Source of the DNA: an uncultured Aliarcobacter sp. | GTDB lineage: Bacteria; Campylobacterota; Campylobacteria; Campylobacterales; Arcobacteraceae | Assembly (NCBI GenBank): GCA_963664305.2 | Contig: CAXXLV010000002.1 | Location: 1,376,001 to 1,440,000, forward strand | Length of the DNA: 64,000 nt | Direction: 5' to 3' | In this document: positions 61,132 through 64,000 of the stretch, piece after piece | How the letters are laid out: every line of letters starts with the position of its first letter | Position numbering within the stretch: the first letter of the stretch is position 1 | Notes under the pieces: generated by a model | What the model was told of the DNA's origin: nothing | Database searches by the model: none | Seen by the model: the letters and a program-made list of their open reading frames with translations, nothing else | Made by a program: the position numbers and the translations under genes

Positions 61132-62730
61132 TTAATTAATTGGTGGATTCACATATTTAGGAACAGTAACTATCAAATGTGATTTTTCACTTAACTCAAC
61201 ATCACCATCTTTATATGTTCCAACTACACTTAGATTTCCAACATTATTTGCCATTAACTTTCTTTTTGGATTTGGGCCTAATACACTTGGAATAAATTTC
61301 CCTGTTTTTTCATCAATTTGTCCAGCATAATCTAAATCTTTGTCTTCAATAGCTTGTTCATCAAATGCTTCTATACTCCAAGTTGCAGGAACAACACCTA
61401 AATTAATATCATCAGCTGTACCTTTTTCTCCATCTTTTCCATTTGCATAAGCAATAGCTTCAAAAGTAGCGTATTCTTTTAAAATTTTTGCATCTTTTTC
61501 TGCTCCTATTCTTGAAATTGCGTAATCAGGAATAATTTTTATAAAATCAACTTTGTCATAAACAGCTAAACTATTTTTAAATGTTTTAGCTCCAATTTGA
61601 ATACTATTTGAAGAAGTTTTTACATTTTTATTAGCTTGAACTTCTAATACTATTTCATTATTTGTATGTTTAACAGTTTTTAAAACTTTTAAGCTATTTG
61701 GTAATTTAATTTCACCACTTAAGTTTGTTCCTAGAATTGTTAAAGTCTCTTTAGTTCCAGATTTGATAGCTTTTGGATAAATACCAACAATTGAACTCTC
61801 TTTAGAATTTAAAGCTTTTCCAGTTAAGATGCTTCCTTGTTCAGTATGTAAAGATTCAAACATTCTTCCTTCAAAACTATTAGTTTTTGGATCTAGATGT
61901 AAGATTTGTCTATAAACAACCCCATTTAATTCAAATGAAGCTCTAATTTCTGTTTTTCCATAAGCAACTGCAATTCCTCTTGCTTTATACTCTTGTCCAT
62001 TTGCATATTTATAATCCATAAGCATTGCATATGATTCATCACTACTTGGAATTAGTGTTAAAATTGCTGAAAAGTCACCAACACTTGGAGTATGTCCATA
62101 AGTTATCCATTTTGTTGGAAGTTTGTAATCTTTTACAGATTTTTTATATTTGTCCCATTTAGCTTGATCTTTTCCAAAATTCTCTGCTAAATATGGTACT
62201 ACTTCATTTTGAGCAACACCAAACCAATCTTTATCCCTTGCAAGTGCTTGTACTTCAAAAGAAGGAAATTGTGCAACATGATAATTTACTAAACTATCCC
62301 ATTCTTCAGCTGTTCTTCTTTGAAGACCAATTCTAGCTTCTGAGTGACATCTAACACACATTTCAGTTAACAACTCATCTTTTGGTTCTTCTTGTACATT
62401 TGGTGTTTTATTTAATACATAAGAGTAAGGTTTAATCTCATCTGGTGTTAAACCTTGATTATCAGATAAATATTTAATTACATTCGCCTCTTCATCTCTT
62501 GTAACTACTAAGCCATGTTCTCTTTGCATTCTTTTAATAGTCATATACCACCCTTCAGGTGTTTTTCTTTGATTTGAAATTCTGCTTAATCCATCATCAG
62601 TATTTCCAGTATGACAGGCAATACATTTTGTGTTAATAACCTCTTTACCCTTTTGTGCATCAACTGCGAATAAAGGTAAAGAAGCTATTAAAGCACCAAG
62701 TCCTAATTTAGATAATTTTTTATAATTCAA
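61132..62730 (-). CDS. qhpA: Quinohemoprotein amine dehydrogenase alpha subunit (diheme c)
   Basis: Signal peptide, CIACH and CVRCH heme motifs, RIS.QRKTPEGW.MT..RM, GPNP.R...NN.GNL, LIVTVP....PPI; TTG start with SD GAGGAG. Confidence 0.96.
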   Translation of the reverse strand: MNYKKLSKLGLGALIASLPLFAVDAQKGKEVINTKCIACHTGNTDDGLSRISNQRKTPEGWYMTIKRMQREHGLVVTRDEEANVIKYLSDNQGLTPDEIKPYSYVLNKTPNVQEEPKDELLTEMCVRCHSEARIGLQRRTAEEWDSLVNYHVAQFPSFEVQALARDKDWFGVAQNEVVPYLAENFGKDQAKWDKYKKSVKDYKLPTKWITYGHTPSVGDFSAILTLIPSSDESYAMLMDYKYANGQEYKARGIAVAYGKTEIRASFELNGVVYRQILHLDPKTNSFEGRMFESLHTEQGSILTGKALNSKESSIVGIYPKAIKSGTKETLTILGTNLSGEIKLPNSLKVLKTVKHTNNEIVLEVQANKNVKTSSNSIQIGAKTFKNSLAVYDKVDFIKIIPDYAISRIGAEKDAKILKEYATFEAIAYANGKDGEKGTADDINLGVVPATWSIEAFDEQAIEDKDLDYAGQIDEKTGKFIPSVLGPNPKRKLMANNVGNLSVVGTYKDGDVELSEKSHLIVTVPKYVNPPIN

Positions 62731-62920
62731 GTTCTACTCCTCAAATAGAAAATTTAGACTTTAAACTAATTGTTTAGTGTCTGTGAAATTATAGGAGGCA
62801 TATTGAAGTTTGTATAGTAAGAAAACGACATTTCTGTATATTTTTTATACAATAAAATCATATTTTCTTTGTAAAAAATTAAAATGATATGTTAGAATTC
62901 CTCTTATGAAAGGATGAAAA

Positions 62921-63733
62921 TTGTTCGAATTTAAAACATTTAAACCAAATATAAAACTACAACAATGGGTTAAATCTTATTGGATTGTAAATTATAATAA
63001 AATCGACTCACTAAAAGTTGAAGAAAAAGTAATAATTCCCTATGATAATATCTGTTTATTATTCATAATTGATTCAAAAAGTGATATAGATTATTCAAAT
63101 AAAAATCTAAAAAATGGTATTTATATCTGCCCACCAAGTCTAGATAAACATAAATTAAATTTAGATGCAGACCAATACTATATTGATGTTTCTTTATATC
63201 CTGGTGTTTTTTATAAACTTTTTGGAATACCTGTATCAGAACTTGGAGATAAAATATATGAAATAAATGAACTATCTTTAAAATTTGATTTATCTATCTT
63301 AGATATTTTATATGAACTAAAAGGAAATACTTTAGCTACCTTAAATAAAATAGATAACTATTTATATAATATATTTAAAGATATGGAAGAAGATAGTTTA
63401 TTATTAAATATTTTAGACCTTACAAAAAATCATGATTTAGATAATTTTTATAACCAAAACCGTTTATCAACAAGGCAAGTTCAAAGAAAAGTAAAAGAAT
63501 TTACAGGAATTACTCCAAAATCAATAGAAAGAATAAATAGATTTTATAGTACTTTAAAACTAATAAAATCTAATAAAAATATTATTGATTTTAAAGAAAT
63601 AGCAGTTGAAAATAACTTTTATGACCAATCATCATTTATAAAAGAGTTCAAGTTTTTTACAGGAGTGACTCCAACTCTGTTTCTTTTACAAGCAGATGAT
63701 TTTTTACAATATAGATGTAGTATTTTTTGTTAA
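62921..63733 (+). CDS. AraC-family transcriptional regulator, divergent from qhpA
   Basis: C-terminal STRQVQRKVKEFTGITPK...RF and FYDQSSFIKEFKFFTGVTP; N-terminal FKP...L...VKSYW (DUF6597-like). Confidence 0.9.
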   Translation: MFEFKTFKPNIKLQQWVKSYWIVNYNKIDSLKVEEKVIIPYDNICLLFIIDSKSDIDYSNKNLKNGIYICPPSLDKHKLNLDADQYYIDVSLYPGVFYKLFGIPVSELGDKIYEINELSLKFDLSILDILYELKGNTLATLNKIDNYLYNIFKDMEEDSLLLNILDLTKNHDLDNFYNQNRLSTRQVQRKVKEFTGITPKSIERINRFYSTLKLIKSNKNIIDFKEIAVENNFYDQSSFIKEFKFFTGVTPTLFLLQADDFLQYRCSIFC

Positions 63734-64000
63734 TTTTCAACCATTGTATAGTGTAACTCTAAACCTTTAGAAGTTGCAATAAAACCATTTATATTAATAG
63801 TTCCATCATGAACCATTTTGTGGTGTTCTTTACATAATGGGATTAGATTATATTTATGGTTTGCATTTATATGACCAATGAAACCTTCTTTATTGGCCCT
63901 TGCTTGTTCTTTTATGTGATGAACATCATCACAAGCTCGTCCACATATAACGCAAGATGAAGCAAATACATTGTTATTGTATTTAGAGGTTTTTCTTTGG
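63730..64000 (-). CDS. C-terminal HNH endonuclease domain, probably of a MutS7-type protein (partial; not in ORF track)
   Basis: Manual translation: ...RKTSKYNNNVFASSCVICGRACDDVHHIKEQARANKEGFIGHINANHKYNLIPLCKEHHKMVHDGTININGFIATSKGLELHYTMVEN*; stop overlaps the AraC stop. Confidence 0.75.
   Translation of the reverse strand, partial: QRKTSKYNNNVFASSCVICGRACDDVHHIKEQARANKEGFIGHINANHKYNLIPLCKEHHKMVHDGTININGFIATSKGLELHYTMVEN

Noticed and set aside
62834..62851. LexA SOS box
   Set aside because: Spacing does not fit CTGT-N8-ACAG; kept only as an unassigned palindrome.

Overview
AT-rich chromosomal window from an epsilonproteobacterium, most likely Arcobacteraceae. The assignment rests on the rpsB-tsf-ABC-acidic protein and folK/aroQ/deaminase/sppA gene neighbourhoods, an HQWRQPL-type kinase and an epsilon-type Mqo. 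The housekeeping backbone (tsf, rpsB, murE, ileS, mqo, a duplicated Lys-Glu-Val-Asp tRNA block, two mnmA, prs, lepA, hisH, hisA) carries two large accessory blocks. (1) A ~19 kb short-chain carboxylate locus (16.8-36.0 kb) holds a Cache-domain kinase, an OmpR-family regulator, three sodium:solute symporters with small partner proteins, two cNMP-CBS-nucleotidyltransferase/DEDDh exonuclease pairs, three acetate kinases (one with the propionate-kinase-type HRVAHGG pocket) and pta. Three of its promoters share a direct repeat, WTGCKAY-N4-WTGCKAY, placed exactly 10 nt upstream of a -10 hexamer. This is pho-box geometry and suggests an uncharacterised two-component regulon. (2) A complete quinohemoprotein amine dehydrogenase cluster (qhpADCBFEG plus a divergent AraC gene) spans 54.7-63.7 kb. 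Other observations: an unannotated 38-aa membrane protein, two palindromic elements flanking a zinc-ribbon orphan gene, a heme-c-motif diguanylate cyclase, and the C-terminal HNH domain of a probable MutS7 at the right edge. No CRISPR array, rRNA, transposase or integrase was seen. All calls come from manual motif reading; no database searches were run.
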